NCBI RefSeq assembly: GCF_018350175.1
Contig: NC_058368.1
Location: forward strand, 37,760,001-37,824,000
Reading direction: 5' to 3'
DNA length: 64,000 nt
From: Felis catus
Taxonomy: Eukaryota
Position 1 is the stretch's first letter. Each line of letters starts with the position of its first letter. Position numbers and translations under genes: made by a program. This document shows positions 12,477-25,235 of this stretch, in pieces. The notes under the pieces were generated by a model. It searched no databases and had not been told where the DNA came from. It was given only the letters and a program-made list of their open reading frames with translations.

Positions 12477-13364
12477 GTTCAAGTGCTTTTTGTTGAATAG
12501 GGGCTGAACATATTCTAGGAATGAGAGTGATTAAGGCAACCATTTAGTTATGGGACAAACTATCAAGATGCCTGTAATATATCACATACTATGCCAGGAA
12601 CTGTGGCTCGAGAAAGATAGTCCTATTCTCCTTTCTTATTATTTACTGCAAGGATATCAAATCAATAATAGTGGCACAATATTCACAAAAAGTCCTCTGT
12701 ACCAAGTAAAAAGATCGCAGAAGAAAGTGGGTTTTTACCTGGATACATAAGGAATGCTTCACAGAAAATATAATGGACATCTTGCAACGAATTTTACGAT
12801 AATTCAGTTTCTTACGCAACGTGAAGAAGCTGAGAAATACATCGTTTTAGTGAATTGGTAATATTTGCCCAGCTTATTAATGATAATTTAGAACCATAAT
12901 TTAGATTAGGGATCAGAGTCGTAAAAAAATCTCAAAAGTCTATAAAGAGAGGGCAGGGTGAAAGAGGATGAAAATCTATGGCCTTACATACCTTACGTGA
13001 GTGCAGACATTGAATGAGCTCAAGAACCAGCAGATTCCAGCCAGGAGTCTAGAGTTTTAAGTGAAATGTTGGCTCAGAATTTTGTTTATTTGTTAATTTA
13101 GTGAAGTTATTTGTACTAAACAAATCTCTACAGAGGCTAAATACTTTGTCACCATTTTGGAAACTTACAAAGATTTTCAAATGACACAATGATTCTGTCC
13201 CTTGCTACTCCTTGAAATTTTATACCAAGGATAAAGACAGATAAATATACCTTGATAAAATTGAATAAATAATAATAAATTGTAATTATTTTGGCATTTA
13301 AAAAATTTCAAGGACTTAAATTCCATATAGTCACTTTGATAACCTTATCCACTGTCTTTTCTTT

Positions 13365-13590
13365 TTTTTTTTTTTTAATTTTTTTTCAACGTTTTTATTT
13401 ATTTTTGGGACAGAGAGAGACAGAGCATGAACGGGGGAGGGGCAGAGAGAGAGGGAGACACAGAATCGGAAACAGGCTCCAGGCTCTGAGCCATCAGCCC
13501 AGAGCCTGACGCGGGGCTCGAACTCACGGACCGTGAGATCGTGACCTGGCCGAAGTCGGACGCTTAACCGACTGCACCACCCAGGCGCCC
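13365..13590 (-). mobile_element. SINEC_Fc
   Basis: Near-consensus body; TSD CCACTGTCTTTTCTTT. Confidence 0.97.
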
Positions 13591-14089
13591 CCACTGTCTT
13601 TTCTTTAAAGAAAATACACCCTTGGGCAATTCTTAGATAAATTTTGTTCCATATATAGTACACCTCTATGATTATAGGATAAAATAATCCAGTCAAGCCC
13701 AGGATAACAAAGATCCTTTGATGATCCTTAGTGCAAATGTATTATATTTTCTAATTAGTAAAACTAGACCATTTTCATAAGTTTTATTTGACAGTTTCCA
13801 GTCTCATAGACAATTATTACTCTTCTGATGTTTTTAATGAGGAATAGAATATAATAGCCTCTTAGAATCCCTATACTTAACAAATCAAAGACCTTCGGGT
13901 GAGCTGAGCCTTGACCTCTTAAGGTTAATCAAATGTCTTTAAATCTTTCTCCATAATGAAGAGATGACTGATTCAACTTCAGTTTGAGAAATGACTAAGA
14001 GTTCACAAATCTAGTACTCAGCACCAATATATGCTTTGGTTGTTCATTGATTCTCTCTCTCTCTCTCTCTCTTTTTCTTTCTTGTGAAG

Positions 14090-14147
14090 AAGAAGAAAAA
14101 GTTTTTAAAAATGCCATTTGGCTGGAAAAGGATTTCCTATTTCTAAG
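14090..14147 (+). other. Candidate 58-nt internal exon
   Basis: Long pyrimidine tract + AG, donor AAG|GTAATT; single open frame xEEKVFKNAIWLEKDFLFL(R). Confidence 0.3.
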
Positions 14148-15424
14148 GTAATTTGTTCTTTCAAGACTATCAGCAATATGGCTTTTTTCATATCCACCTT
14201 TACCTTGAACTCAGCAGTCTTGTTTTATAAGCTGTTCATACAAATTCTACCTGGGAGGACAGAGTGTTTTTAGATTTCTGGCAGGAAGTAGTTTATTTTC
14301 TTAGGGGTTGAGTATTATTCCAAATCCTTTCTTTAGCACCGCTGACAATGACTCTACTGATTTTTTGTCCGTTTTCATTTAAGTTTTTTACATCCTTCTA
14401 ATAACATCTTAAATTTTTCAAAATAATGGAATTATTTTTTATGCTGTAGTTTATAAATGGCCTTTGCTTCTTAAAAATTCTGATTTACCCCTCTCTGCCT
14501 TTTTTTATAAATAATATAAAGATCACAGATACTATATTCTGAGTCTTTGCACAGAATTTTATAATTCATTTAGCATTCTTTTAAAAATATATATACCTTC
14601 TTGTTATTGTATACATTAAAGCATTATGTTGCCCTAGAGCTTTTTCTAAACCATCTGGAAAGCCATAGGCAAATAATCATTATTTCCCCAATGCTTTCGC
14701 CTCCGTTTGGATATTTTCCTATTTCTTGACAGTCCTTAAGGAATCATGGACTGTGAAATTTTTAAAATATTTTATTCCCTGGTAAATTTATCTTTGTCCT
14801 GTGTCTGTGCATGTTGTTATTCTATTCGTCAATTTAGAGCACTGTTCTTGAATATTATGTCACTTCTGTTGGGCGCTATGCAGCATTTATCATTTCTTCT
14901 GTTAGCCTATAGGTAGTAATCCTTGGAGGCATGTAAAATAACAAAAGCCCTTGACTTACATCAACAGTTGACAAAGAATTCCTTATTTTGCAAAGCACTT
15001 TTGCCCAGAGACAGATAAAATGGATTTATTGAATATTTATTTTGAGTCTGTGAGGATTGAAAATGAAATGTAAATTCATTGTAAAGCATCAGGCAAGCAC
15101 AGAGCTGCATTTCCAGTGTGTTTCTAATGCAACAAAAAGTATATCAAGTACAATGGAAATTGACATTTCTACATGTGAAATACAGCGTTTAAAGGTTTTC
15201 ATAAAATTCAGCAATGAGATTATAAATACAAAACTCGGTCCAAGCAGTGTAATACAAATGGTGGGTTTTAAAATAATCCAGAATCAGATTTCTCACCTAA
15301 AAATGACATGAATCTGAATTCATACATATATTATGTTCACCTAAATTAGGCCTCAGGCAATGTGATTTTAAAATTCAGCAGTTTAGTTTTAAATCATCCC
15401 ATAATTTTAAAGGAGTCAAGTTTT

Positions 15425-15647
15425 TAAAAAAAAAATTTTTTTTTCAACACTTATTTATTTTTGGGACAGAGAGAGACAGAGCATGAACGGGGGAGGGGCA
15501 GAGAGAGAGGGAGACACAGAATCGGAAACAGGCTCCAGGCTCTGAGCCATCAGCCCAGAGCCTGACGCGGGGCTCGAACTCATGGACCGCGAGATCATGA
15601 CCTAGCTGAAGTCGGACGCTTAACCGACTGTGCCACCCAGGCGCTCC
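15425..15647 (-). mobile_element. SINEC_Fc
   Basis: TSD AAAGGAGTCAAGTTTT (15409-15424, 15648-15663). Confidence 0.97.
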
Positions 15648-15929
15648 AAAGGAGTCAAGTTTTAATTGAAACTCACTTTTCTTCTCTTAGTATATACTAA
15701 ATACTTTGATTCCTTCAACTTTTTATAACCACCACATAGTATTAGCAGTTCTGCACATGTGGGTAAATTAACGTTATGCTGGTTTGATGAACATCCACAT
15801 TTTTATAATTAAAGCCTTAGTTTAAACTAAAAAGTATGCACTTACTGACTCATCAGGTTTTATACTCAGAATGTGTGTGTTGCTTTAAAATGGAACATCT
15901 AAGTTTAGATTTCCAGTAAGTTGGATAAT

Positions 15930-16160
15930 CAGAGTTCACTGGGCACTTCTACCTAGATATTCAAGAGGAACATTAAGTTCGTTATGTCCCAAACTTGGCT
16001 TTTCTTCTTATACATTGACAAGGCTCCAGTCATTTCTGATTTTATTCTTGGAAAAGATATAATTATCTATTCATATATTCAAGCCCCAAACTTCGAAATA
16101 GTCAAAACACCACCTTCTTATTCATTCTTACTTCTTATCTATTGATTCCCTTCATTCTGT
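15930..16160 (+). mobile_element. LINE-2 fragment
   Basis: TTCTACCTAGATATTCAAGAGGAACATTAAGTTCGTTATGTCCCAAACT resembles the L2 RT segment (WMS..HLKLNMSKTE). Confidence 0.6.
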
Positions 16161-17375
16161 CAATAATCACTAGGCTTCACCAGCTGGCTTCACTACTATT
16201 AATATTCTGTGACATAAAATGCACAAATCTTAATATTATAATTTTGATTAATGAAACAACCTTTTTTGTTTGTTTTTATACCCTGTGTGAAGTTATCTAG
16301 CCAGAAAATTCCATCATTTAATTTCCTTCACCTCTCAGAGGCTATGGTGACATATATATACATATGTATGTATATAAGTATATATATATAAACATGTATA
16401 TAAGTATATATGTACATATCCATCCATTTATCCATTATCTTTGCCTGCTCTAGAAATTTATTTAAATGGAATCATGTATGTTTTGTGCCTGCTTTTTTAA
16501 TTTTTTTTTTTAGTTCGCAGCATAATATCTGTAAAAATTGTGTTGTTTCATGCAGAGGTTTTTGTTTTTTGTTTTTTTTTTTTTAGATACCATTGTGTGA
16601 CTGTGCCAGAGTTTATGTATTTGTTCTTCTATAGGTAGACCATCTGGTCATTTCTATTGTTGGCTATTATGAATAAAAGGGGTATTTTCATTTGTCTTGG
16701 GTAATTACCTCCCTACCGATGGCATCCTTTGTCAAAGTATGAGTGTGTTTCAGTCTCTGAAGCACTGAAAAAATATGTTCCAAAGCATTTGTAAAAGTTT
16801 ACATTCTCATTAGCAATATATAAGAGTTCTGATTGCTCTGTACATTCACTAACATTTAATGCTATGTGTATTTTTAGTTTTTACCATTCTAAAGGATATA
16901 TAGTAGTATAACATCATTTCGTTAATGATTAACGATGTTCACACTTCTTTGTATCTTTTTTTATTTGTCATTTATATATATTTTTGAGAGCCTATCAAGT
17001 CTTTGGTTCATTTTTTGTTTATATTTATTTTTAATTTTTTGTCTTTGCTATCAACTCATAAGACTCTGGTACAGGGCATTTGTTAGATAAATGTTTTTTC
17101 CAAATATGTTCTTCCAGTCTCTGGCATACCTTTAATTTTCTTAACAGTGCGTTTTGATGACTACTAATTTTTAATCTCTCTTTCTCTTAGTCTTCTAAAG
17201 GCATTGCCAAATTTAATAACTTTTTTGAGAAAATAGTTATATTCTATTTTTAAAAATTTTTTTCTATTTATTTCATTGTAATAACTTTGGATTTTATTTG
17301 TTGCTCCTTTCCAGAATTTTAAGATGGAAACATTAGATACATTTCATTAAATCTTTATTTAGGAATACAATTTTT

Positions 17376-17570
17376 TTTAAGTTTATTTAATCATTTTGAG
17401 AGGGATAGAGAGAGCAAGTGTACATGTGAGTGGGGCAGGGGCAGAGAGCGAGGGAGAGAATCCCAAGCAGGCTCCACACTCTGTGTGAGATGTGTCGTGT
17501 CCGTGAGATCATGACTTGAGCAGAAATCAAGAGTCGGTCGCTTAACCAAGTGAGCCACCCAAGGTGCCTC
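17376..17570 (-). mobile_element. CAN-SINE
   Basis: SINE body; TSD approx. ATACAATTTTT. Confidence 0.9.
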
Positions 17571-17753
17571 AAGGATACAATTTTTATTTAATGCTTCAGT
17601 TTCATCCCACATATTTAAAAATGTGTTATTTTATAATTTAGATGAAGAGACTTCTTAGTTTCCCTTTTGATTTCATCTTTAACATAAGGGTTATTATCTA
17701 TAAATATGTATATATATATGCATATATAGTGTAAATATATATATATTTGCATA

Positions 17754-18035
17754 TCTTTTGAGACAATAACAAAAAGACAAAAATTTAAGAAAAAGCTAAA
17801 AAATGAAAAATGATCCAAGACTTGAATAGGCACTTAGAAAAGATAGATGAATGACAAATAAAGATACACAAAAGTGCTTAAAAGCATTAGTCTTAGGGAA
17901 GTGAAAATATGAACAATAATGTTACACTAATATACATTTTCTAGAATTATAAAAATTAAAAACACACACACATAACATCAAATGTTAGTGAATCCTTAGA
18001 ACAACCAGAATTCTCATATGTTGCTAGTGAGAATG

Positions 18036-18039
<4 letters not shown>
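17754..18039 (+). mobile_element. Old L1 ORF2 3' fragment, inverted copy of 16798-17063
   Basis: Its reverse complement aligns by eye to 16798-17063. Confidence 0.7.

Positions 18040-18076
<37 letters not shown>
18039..18076. repeat. (AT)n microsatellite
   Basis: Pure AT dinucleotide run. Confidence 0.95.
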
Positions 18077-18080
<4 letters not shown>

Positions 18081-19042
18081 AATTTTCCAGATATTTAGAA
18101 TTTTTTAGAGTTTTATATTTAATTTCAAGTAAGTCCCATCTGGTCAAGGGACATAGCTTATACAATTTGAAATTTTAAATTTATTCAGAAATTAGGAACA
18201 TAATAAGCATGTGCTTATAATCTATTCTGCTGATGGGATTAGTGTTCTATCCCACTTAGCTCAAGATGGTTAATTAAGCACATTTTCTATATTCTTTGTT
18301 TTTTTTCCTAAGTTCTAACAATTGTTTAGAGAACAATTTTGAAATCTCTAGCTGTAATTGTGGATTTTTCAGTTCCTTCTTGGAAGTTATTTAATGTCTT
18401 TTGAAGTTGTGTTATTAGTTATATAAATATTTAGAATTGTGTTTTCCTGCTGAATTGATCCTTTTATCATTATGAAATGACTTTTATCCCTGGAAATATT
18501 CTTTGCTCTGATATACACTCTATTGTTAATAATCATTTCCCGCCTTTATTTCAATTACTGTTATCATAATGTATCATTTTCTATCTTTTTACTTCTAGAT
18601 ATTTGGGTATTTTTAGCGTGTGTTTTCATAGATACAATATTTGTGATTCTTATTTTTTCACCTAATCTTAAAATTTCTGCTTTTTAATTGGAGTGTTTTT
18701 CTATTTAAATTTAATGTGACTTTTGCTCTGTTTTTTTCCTTCTTTTCCTGCTTTCATTTGAATTGAGATCTTTTATTTCTAATTTTATCAATAAAATTAA
18801 TTTGTTAAATAGGTTAATTTACTAAAATTGTTTACTATTTACTAAATGGGCTTATTTACTATAGCTCTTTGTTGTGGGTTTTTTTTTTTTTGGTAGTTGT
18901 TTTAGGGTTTCTAGTATGTAGTTTTAATGCTTCAGTCTATCTTCAGGTAGCTTTATACTGTTTTATCTAGCATAGAAAAATTTTGCAGTTACATAATTCA
19001 TTTCTCCAACTCTGGGTCTTTATGTTAGTATTTCTCATGTAA

Positions 19043-19430
19043 TTTTATTTTATTTTATATTTTATTTTATTTTATTTTATTTTATTTTATTTTATTTTAT
19101 TTTATTTATTTTATTTTATTTTATTTTATTTTATTTTATTTTATTTTATTTTATTTTATTTTATTTTATTTTATTTATTTTATTTTTAATTTTAATTTTA
19201 TAGGTTTGTTTACTTATTTTGAGAGAGAGGGAAAGTGTGCACGAGCAAGGGAGGAACAGAGGGAGAGGGAAATAGAATCCTGACCCGTCTCCACATTATC
19301 AGTGCAGAGCCTGACATGGGGCTCAAACCATGAGATCATGTCCTGAGTAGAAAACCATGAACCATGAGATCGTGTCCTGAGTAGAAAACAAGAGTCCAAT
19401 GCTTAACCTACCAAGCCACCCAGGTACCCC
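19043..19430 (-). mobile_element. CAN-SINE with long (TTTTA)n tail and 34-bp internal duplication
   Basis: (TTTTA)n 19043-19200; body 19205-19430; duplicated AACCATGAGATC(A/G)TGTCCTGAGTAGAAAAC. Confidence 0.92.
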
Positions 19431-19772
19431 ACGTGTATTTTAGTTTTAAGTCTTAGAAACCTAACACTAGGTTTTTTACTATTTCTGCCTGAAAAATCAT
19501 TTACAATTTTTTTAAAGTATAATATCTTTGTTTACTATTTCCATTTGTCTTCATTCCTTTATGTAGATCCAGATTTCCATCTAGTATCATTTTTCTTCTG
19601 CTTCAAGGCTTTCCTTTAATGTTTTTTTAGTACATGTATGTTGCTGGTGACTTTTTCAGCTTTTGTATATATGATAGTGTATGTGTATATATGATCTATC
19701 TTTGTTCTTAAAATATATGTTTGCTGGGTATAAATTCTAGCTGGAACTTTCTTTTATTTTTCTTTCCAGTAT

Positions 19773-20036
19773 GTATGTATGTATGTATGTATGTATGTAT
19801 GTATGTATGTATGTATTTATTTACTTATTAAATTTTTAATGTTTATTTATTTTTGAGAGAGTGAGACACAGAGGGTGAGCAGGGGAGGAGCAGAGAGAGA
19901 GACACAGAATCTGAAGCAGGCTCCAGGCTCTGAGCTGTCAGCACAGAGCCCAATACGGGGCTGGAACCCAGGAACCCTGAGATCATGACCTGAGCAGAAG
20001 TCAGGCACTTAACTGACTGAGCCACCCAGGCGCCCA
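19773..20036 (-). mobile_element. CAN-SINE with (TATG)n tail
   Basis: TSD TTTCCAGTAT; tetranucleotide repeat 19770-19816. Confidence 0.93.
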
Positions 20037-22822
20037 CGTTTCCAGTATTTTAAATACATTGCTCCAGTTTCTTCTCATTTCTCTTGGCACAAATAAAAAA
20101 TCTGCTGAAATTTTTATTTCCCTCTGTACAAATCTCTTTAAGTTCCTGTTTTTATGCTTTTCCCTTTATAGTGGGTTTTGAGCAATTTCATTATGATGTC
20201 CTTGGTATTGTTTACTTATTTTGCTATTGCTTGGGGTTCATTAAACTTCGTGAATTAATGGGTTGACATTTTTATCAAATGTTTATATTTAATATTTTGG
20301 CCATTATTTCTTCAATTATTTATTTTCTCCTTTCTGTTCTCCTGTTGAGATGCTAATTGTATGAATGTATTTGGCTGCTTGATGTCGGTCTACAACTCAT
20401 TGGTGTTCTGTTCCTTTTTTTCCCCCATACCCTCCCTCCTTTTCTTTTTCTTCTCTGTTTCATGTAGATAACTTCTACCTATGCATCAAGATTACTGATA
20501 CCTTATCTGCCTTGTCTTAGTTGCTATTAATCTTATCTACTGTATATTTTTTTCTTAGGAGACTATATATTTTTGCTTTTAGACTTGAATATTCTCTATC
20601 CATCAATTTATTACATATCTCTAATGAATAGGCTTATGATTTTCTCTATCTTGAATGTATGAATGTACTTACAAATGCTGTTTTGATTGACTTGTTTATT
20701 AATCTCAGTCTGTTTACATGGATTATTTTTCCTCATGATGGGTTATCTTTTTCTGTTTCTTTCAATACCTTATAAATATTTTATTGGAAATCAAACTTTG
20801 TGTGTTCTGTTCTATAGACTGGATGTTTTTATAATATTTTCAATACTCTGGTAGTTTGTCTTGGATAAGTTACTGAGAAACAATTTCATTGTTTTGAGGA
20901 TGCTTAAAACATAAAAGTTTTGTCACTCAGGACTTGAGCAGTCTGTAGCTTTGGGTTGTTTTTTCCCCTAACTACTGAAATAATAACTTTCTGTTGATTG
21001 GACCTGATTCTCTATGCTGTATAAGATACTTTTCCAAGTTACTGGTGAGAAGATGAAATTTACTAACCTTGTGTGAGCAGCAAAGATATTTTTCTTTTGT
21101 TTCATTCGGGTGTTTTGTTTTTGTTTTTGCCCCTTAACCCCCACCCTTACTTTGGGTTAATTTCTTACACGTATCCAATCATAGGTACTCAGCTGAACAT
21201 TTTAGGGAAACTATTTCCAGTTTTTCTGAGCTTTCTCTTGTGCACTTTTCTTTTATGGTAGTTTCCAATTCTCCAATTCTCTTACCCATATGTTTTAGCT
21301 ACTGTGGCCTCTAAGAGAATTCACCTCTCTTACTTCAACTCAGGGGGACTTCTGGGATTTCTTTGGTCTTTCTGGTCTATGATTCAGCCTGAAGACTCTC
21401 TCCAGGCAGTAATACAGAACAATTGTAGGGCTTACCTCATTTGTTTTCCTTCCCTAGAGGACACTGTTTTTGTTGTTGTTGTTTCTTTGTTTGTTTGTTT
21501 TGGTTTGTTTCTTTTGGTCTGTTTTCTAATGCCTAAAAGTTGGTTTTGGTTGTTTGTTTTTATTCCATTAGTTTTGTTTTTGTTGTTTATATCAGGAGGG
21601 GCAAATATGGTCCCCATTTTACCATCATGCCCTGTAGTAGAATTCTAATTTTTAATTTTAAAGGATTGTTTTGCCAGACACAGAATTTTGCTTTGGCATA
21701 TGTTTATATTTCTCTCTGGATTTCAAATGTAATTTCATTATCTTCTTGTCTCCTTTCTGATGACTTGTCAGATGTCAAATATATTTTAGTTTTCCTGAAG
21801 GTAATATGCTAATTTTTTCCTGGATACTGTCAAGGTTTTGTCTCCATCTTTCGATTTTGGCAGCATGATTTTGATTTGCCTGGGTGGATTTCATCTGTAT
21901 TTCTCTCTCTTTGGGAGATTCACCTTACTGAATTTTGCTGACTCTCTAGGTTTAAGGTTTTTATGATTTGCCGATCTTTTCCACTACTAAATATGAATTT
22001 TTTTTCTTTCCATTTACTCTCTCCTTTCTTCCTGGAACACTCCAGTTACATGTATGTCTGATGGCTTGATATTTTCCCACGTGGCACTGAGACTCCTGAT
22101 TTTGTTTCTTGCATCCTTTTGTCTCTCTGATTTTACACTGAACTATTTCTAATGAGTTTTGTTTTCAAGTCTAATGACTCCATCATCTGCCATCATCAAA
22201 TTGGCACATCAAGCAGCTTTTATTTTTATAGTTCTTTTCTGCTAATTGCACCACCTTGGTTCTTGGGTTCATTCTCTTATGACAGTTTTTCTCTCAATTA
22301 TGAGTATATTGTTCTGTGTCTTTACAGGATTGGTAAATTTGTAATTGTATATTGAATACTATAGATGTTATATTGTAGAGGTTCTGAATTCTATGATGTT
22401 CTTCTGAAGAATATTTTTTTTTTTCTAGCAGATAAGTACCTGGTCTGAAATCAAATGCCAGACCATGCCTGCTTGGATGGCTAGCAGCTAAAATCCACTC
22501 AATGATTTTAGCTTTCTGCTTTTGTTCTTTTTATAGTCCCTTTTACACTTCCCTGCATGTGCATTAGTAATCAGGCCAAATATTTGGTGACGTTTATATG
22601 CATACCTTCAGGTTTCCTACAGCTGTGACTCTCTTCATCTCTTCTCTAACTTTTGACTTGTTCTGCTTGCTCTGATAAATGCCTCTGATGCCTCAAGGCA
22701 GTAAGAATGCAGCTTGCCGCCCACTCCAGCAAGGTTTGTAGGTTGAGAAATGACCTAAATCAAAAAGTGCCAGACTGGCAAATCTCACTCATTGTAGTTC
22801 TGTTCTTTCAGGATTAACCTTT

Positions 22823-23106
22823 TGCTATAGAATGAATGGTTTTGCTGCTCCCCTAACCCCAAATTCATATATTGAAACTTAATCCCCAATGTGCTGGTAT
22901 TTAGAGGTGCGCTTTTGGGAGTTGATGAGATTAGAAGCCTTATAGAAGAAAGTTCCCTCACCTCTCCCACCATGTGAGAACAGAGAAAAGACAGACATCT
23001 GTGAATCAGCCCAGACACTAAATGTGCCAACACTTAGGAAATAAATTTCTGTTGTTTATAAGCCACCGAGTCTATGGTACTTTTATTACAGTGGCCCAAA
23101 TGGACA
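22823..23106 (+). mobile_element. MaLR solo LTR (MLT1A-like, internally deleted)
   Basis: TGCTATAG...AAATTCATATATTGAAACTTAATCCCCAATGTG...AATAAATTTCTGTTGTTTATAAGCCAC...GACA; 5-bp TSD CCTTT. Confidence 0.88.
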
Positions 23107-23289
23107 CCTTTTAAGACTCTTTTCCAGCCCCTGCCTTATTTTTGTCACTCCATAATGCCTTCAAATATTTGTTTTTATCTGTGTATTTATTTATCTGCCA
23201 TTTATCTCTAATCCCATAGTTATCTGTGTGGGGGTAAATCCAATCAAATGAATTTGCCATTACTAGAAACCAAAACATCCATTTGAAAT

Positions 23290-23890
23290 AAGCCTCACTG
23301 CCTCACCTTTGTCTTGTCATGCATATCTTCTTGACAGGCCCCAAAATAACTAAAATGCAAATTGCTACTTCACTTTTTACATTATTTTAATCAGGCCTCA
23401 TAGTTTTTTTTTTTTTTTTTTTTTTTTTTTGTGAATCATCATATGCTTTAGTCTTGTCACAAGATTATTCATGATTTGTTTACTGTTAATTCTATCCTCT
23501 CAAATTATACCATTCTTCCCACTTACACTCGACACGCTAATTGCCCTGAAATACTCACAGCTTCTTATTCATGGAATGGAGTTCTACACTTCCATACATT
23601 TGCAGATGCTTTGTCCCATTTTGAAAGCCCTTTCCTTATTAACCGACTATGTTATTCCTCCATGTTATTAAAAACCTCACCTTCTCTTGGAAACTTTCCC
23701 AGGTCATCCCTTCTATTGCCTTTTCTTACAGGTATTCTCATCATCTCAATCATGGCAATATTTCAGCACATTGAAAACAATGTTGTATTTGTTGACCTAC
23801 TTGTCTGTCTACACTTTCACATGTAAGGTTTTTTTCAGGGCGTTACCTACAGTATCTAATAAATAGGTGTTGACATCACAGATAAATGAG
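23290..23890 (+). mobile_element. LINE-2 3' end
   Basis: CATTTGCAGATGCT, ACCTCACCTTCTCTTGGAAACTTTCCC and ACCTACAGTATCTAATAAATAGGTGTT resemble the L2 3' end. Confidence 0.55.
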
Positions 23891-24448
23891 AAAGCATAGA
23901 GAAGTGTCTTTGCATTCACATTATGTGTCTGATACCCAAAACTATGCTGAAGTTTTTTAATCTATCTCTGAGAAACTTTATTAAGTAGCATATTAGCCAA
24001 GAGAATACTTCTTTTCACTAATTTTAGCCCACGGGAAGGTTAAAATGCACAAGGCACTGTATGACCCTGTGTCATGCTGTCCTTTCACGCAAGTGACAGT
24101 CCCTAGAGAGCCCAAGGAATTGCATTCTGAATTGTAAATGCTCAGCCCTATCATTTTCAGAAATATCACACAGTATTTTCTTTACATTTCCTAAAAAAGA
24201 AATGTAAAAATGGAAACGAAGCAAACAAACATGCTCTGAAGGTCATATTTACTATGAATTAAGATAGACCCTCGATTTATGTAGATGCAGGGAAAAAATT
24301 CCAAATACTATGCTGGGAAGGTTATAATATTCTCATTGGATGACAGATAATTATTTTCACCATAAGTATCACTTATTTTTCATTTATTCCTAATAGTGTT
24401 ATCTTGTGCTTTTATTTTATATGCAACAGTAGTTGTACACACTCCATT

Positions 24449-24479
<31 letters not shown>

Positions 24480-24487
24480 CACACACA
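24449..24487. repeat. (CA)n microsatellite
   Basis: Direct observation, one interruption. Confidence 0.95.
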
Positions 24488-25235
24488 ATGTCTTCCCTCT
24501 TGTTTTACATGGAGGAGCTCCCTCTGGTAGGTTTGGAAATACATGAAGATGAAGATAATAAACCTTATGTTAACTCAGGCTTCGGAAGAAGACAGCTATT
24601 ATTTTTTTTTAATGTTTATTCATTTACAAATGGAGAATTGCTGTTCTGGCATTCAGGAGCATATGCTGCTCTTATTCTGAATTGCACCCTCTTTTCTAGA
24701 ATAAAAAGTTTCAAGTGGTTCTTTAATTGAAGAGAGATGCCATTTAATACTGAGCTGTTACAGAGAAGTTGAGAAATTAACTTGACAAAAATTAACTTTT
24801 TAACAAATAAGTTAAATTTGCTAACAATATGCTAGTTCATTTAGTTTTGTTACCAGTTTTCACTGGGAAAGTAAGGAAATATACAGTAGACCAATATGGA
24901 AGAGCAGACTAATCATCTTTATGGCAGACAGTATCTCATTATCAGAAAGTTTTAATTTGTTTTTATAAACAGGAGAACAAGAATTATAATTATGGCATAA
25001 TTCCCATTTTTAGACAAGTGAGGAAATAGATAATTTTTATAGCTTTAGAACTCCATAACTCAAGGGTATGAAGTCTCTGGGGTTGTAAACTCCAAAAGGG
25101 ATGAAGATGAAAATAGGTTCTGGGAAGAAGTTAAAAAAACAACAACCCTTATATGTGGTTATGGCCTCTAAAGCTTAACCGCACCAACAAAATTACATTC
25201 CTTAAAATTTAATTATTCTTGTTTAGTTTTCTCAG

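Larger units (their letters stand above)
16200..22800 (-). mobile_element. Ancient degenerate L1M-type block with nested SINEs
   Basis: T-rich reverse-complement L1 3' end (16400-17170) and EN/ORF1-region motifs (AATTGATCCTTTTATCATTATGAAATG, GCTGGGTATAAATTCTAGCTGG, CATTATTTCTTCAATT); probably more than one element. Confidence 0.7.
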
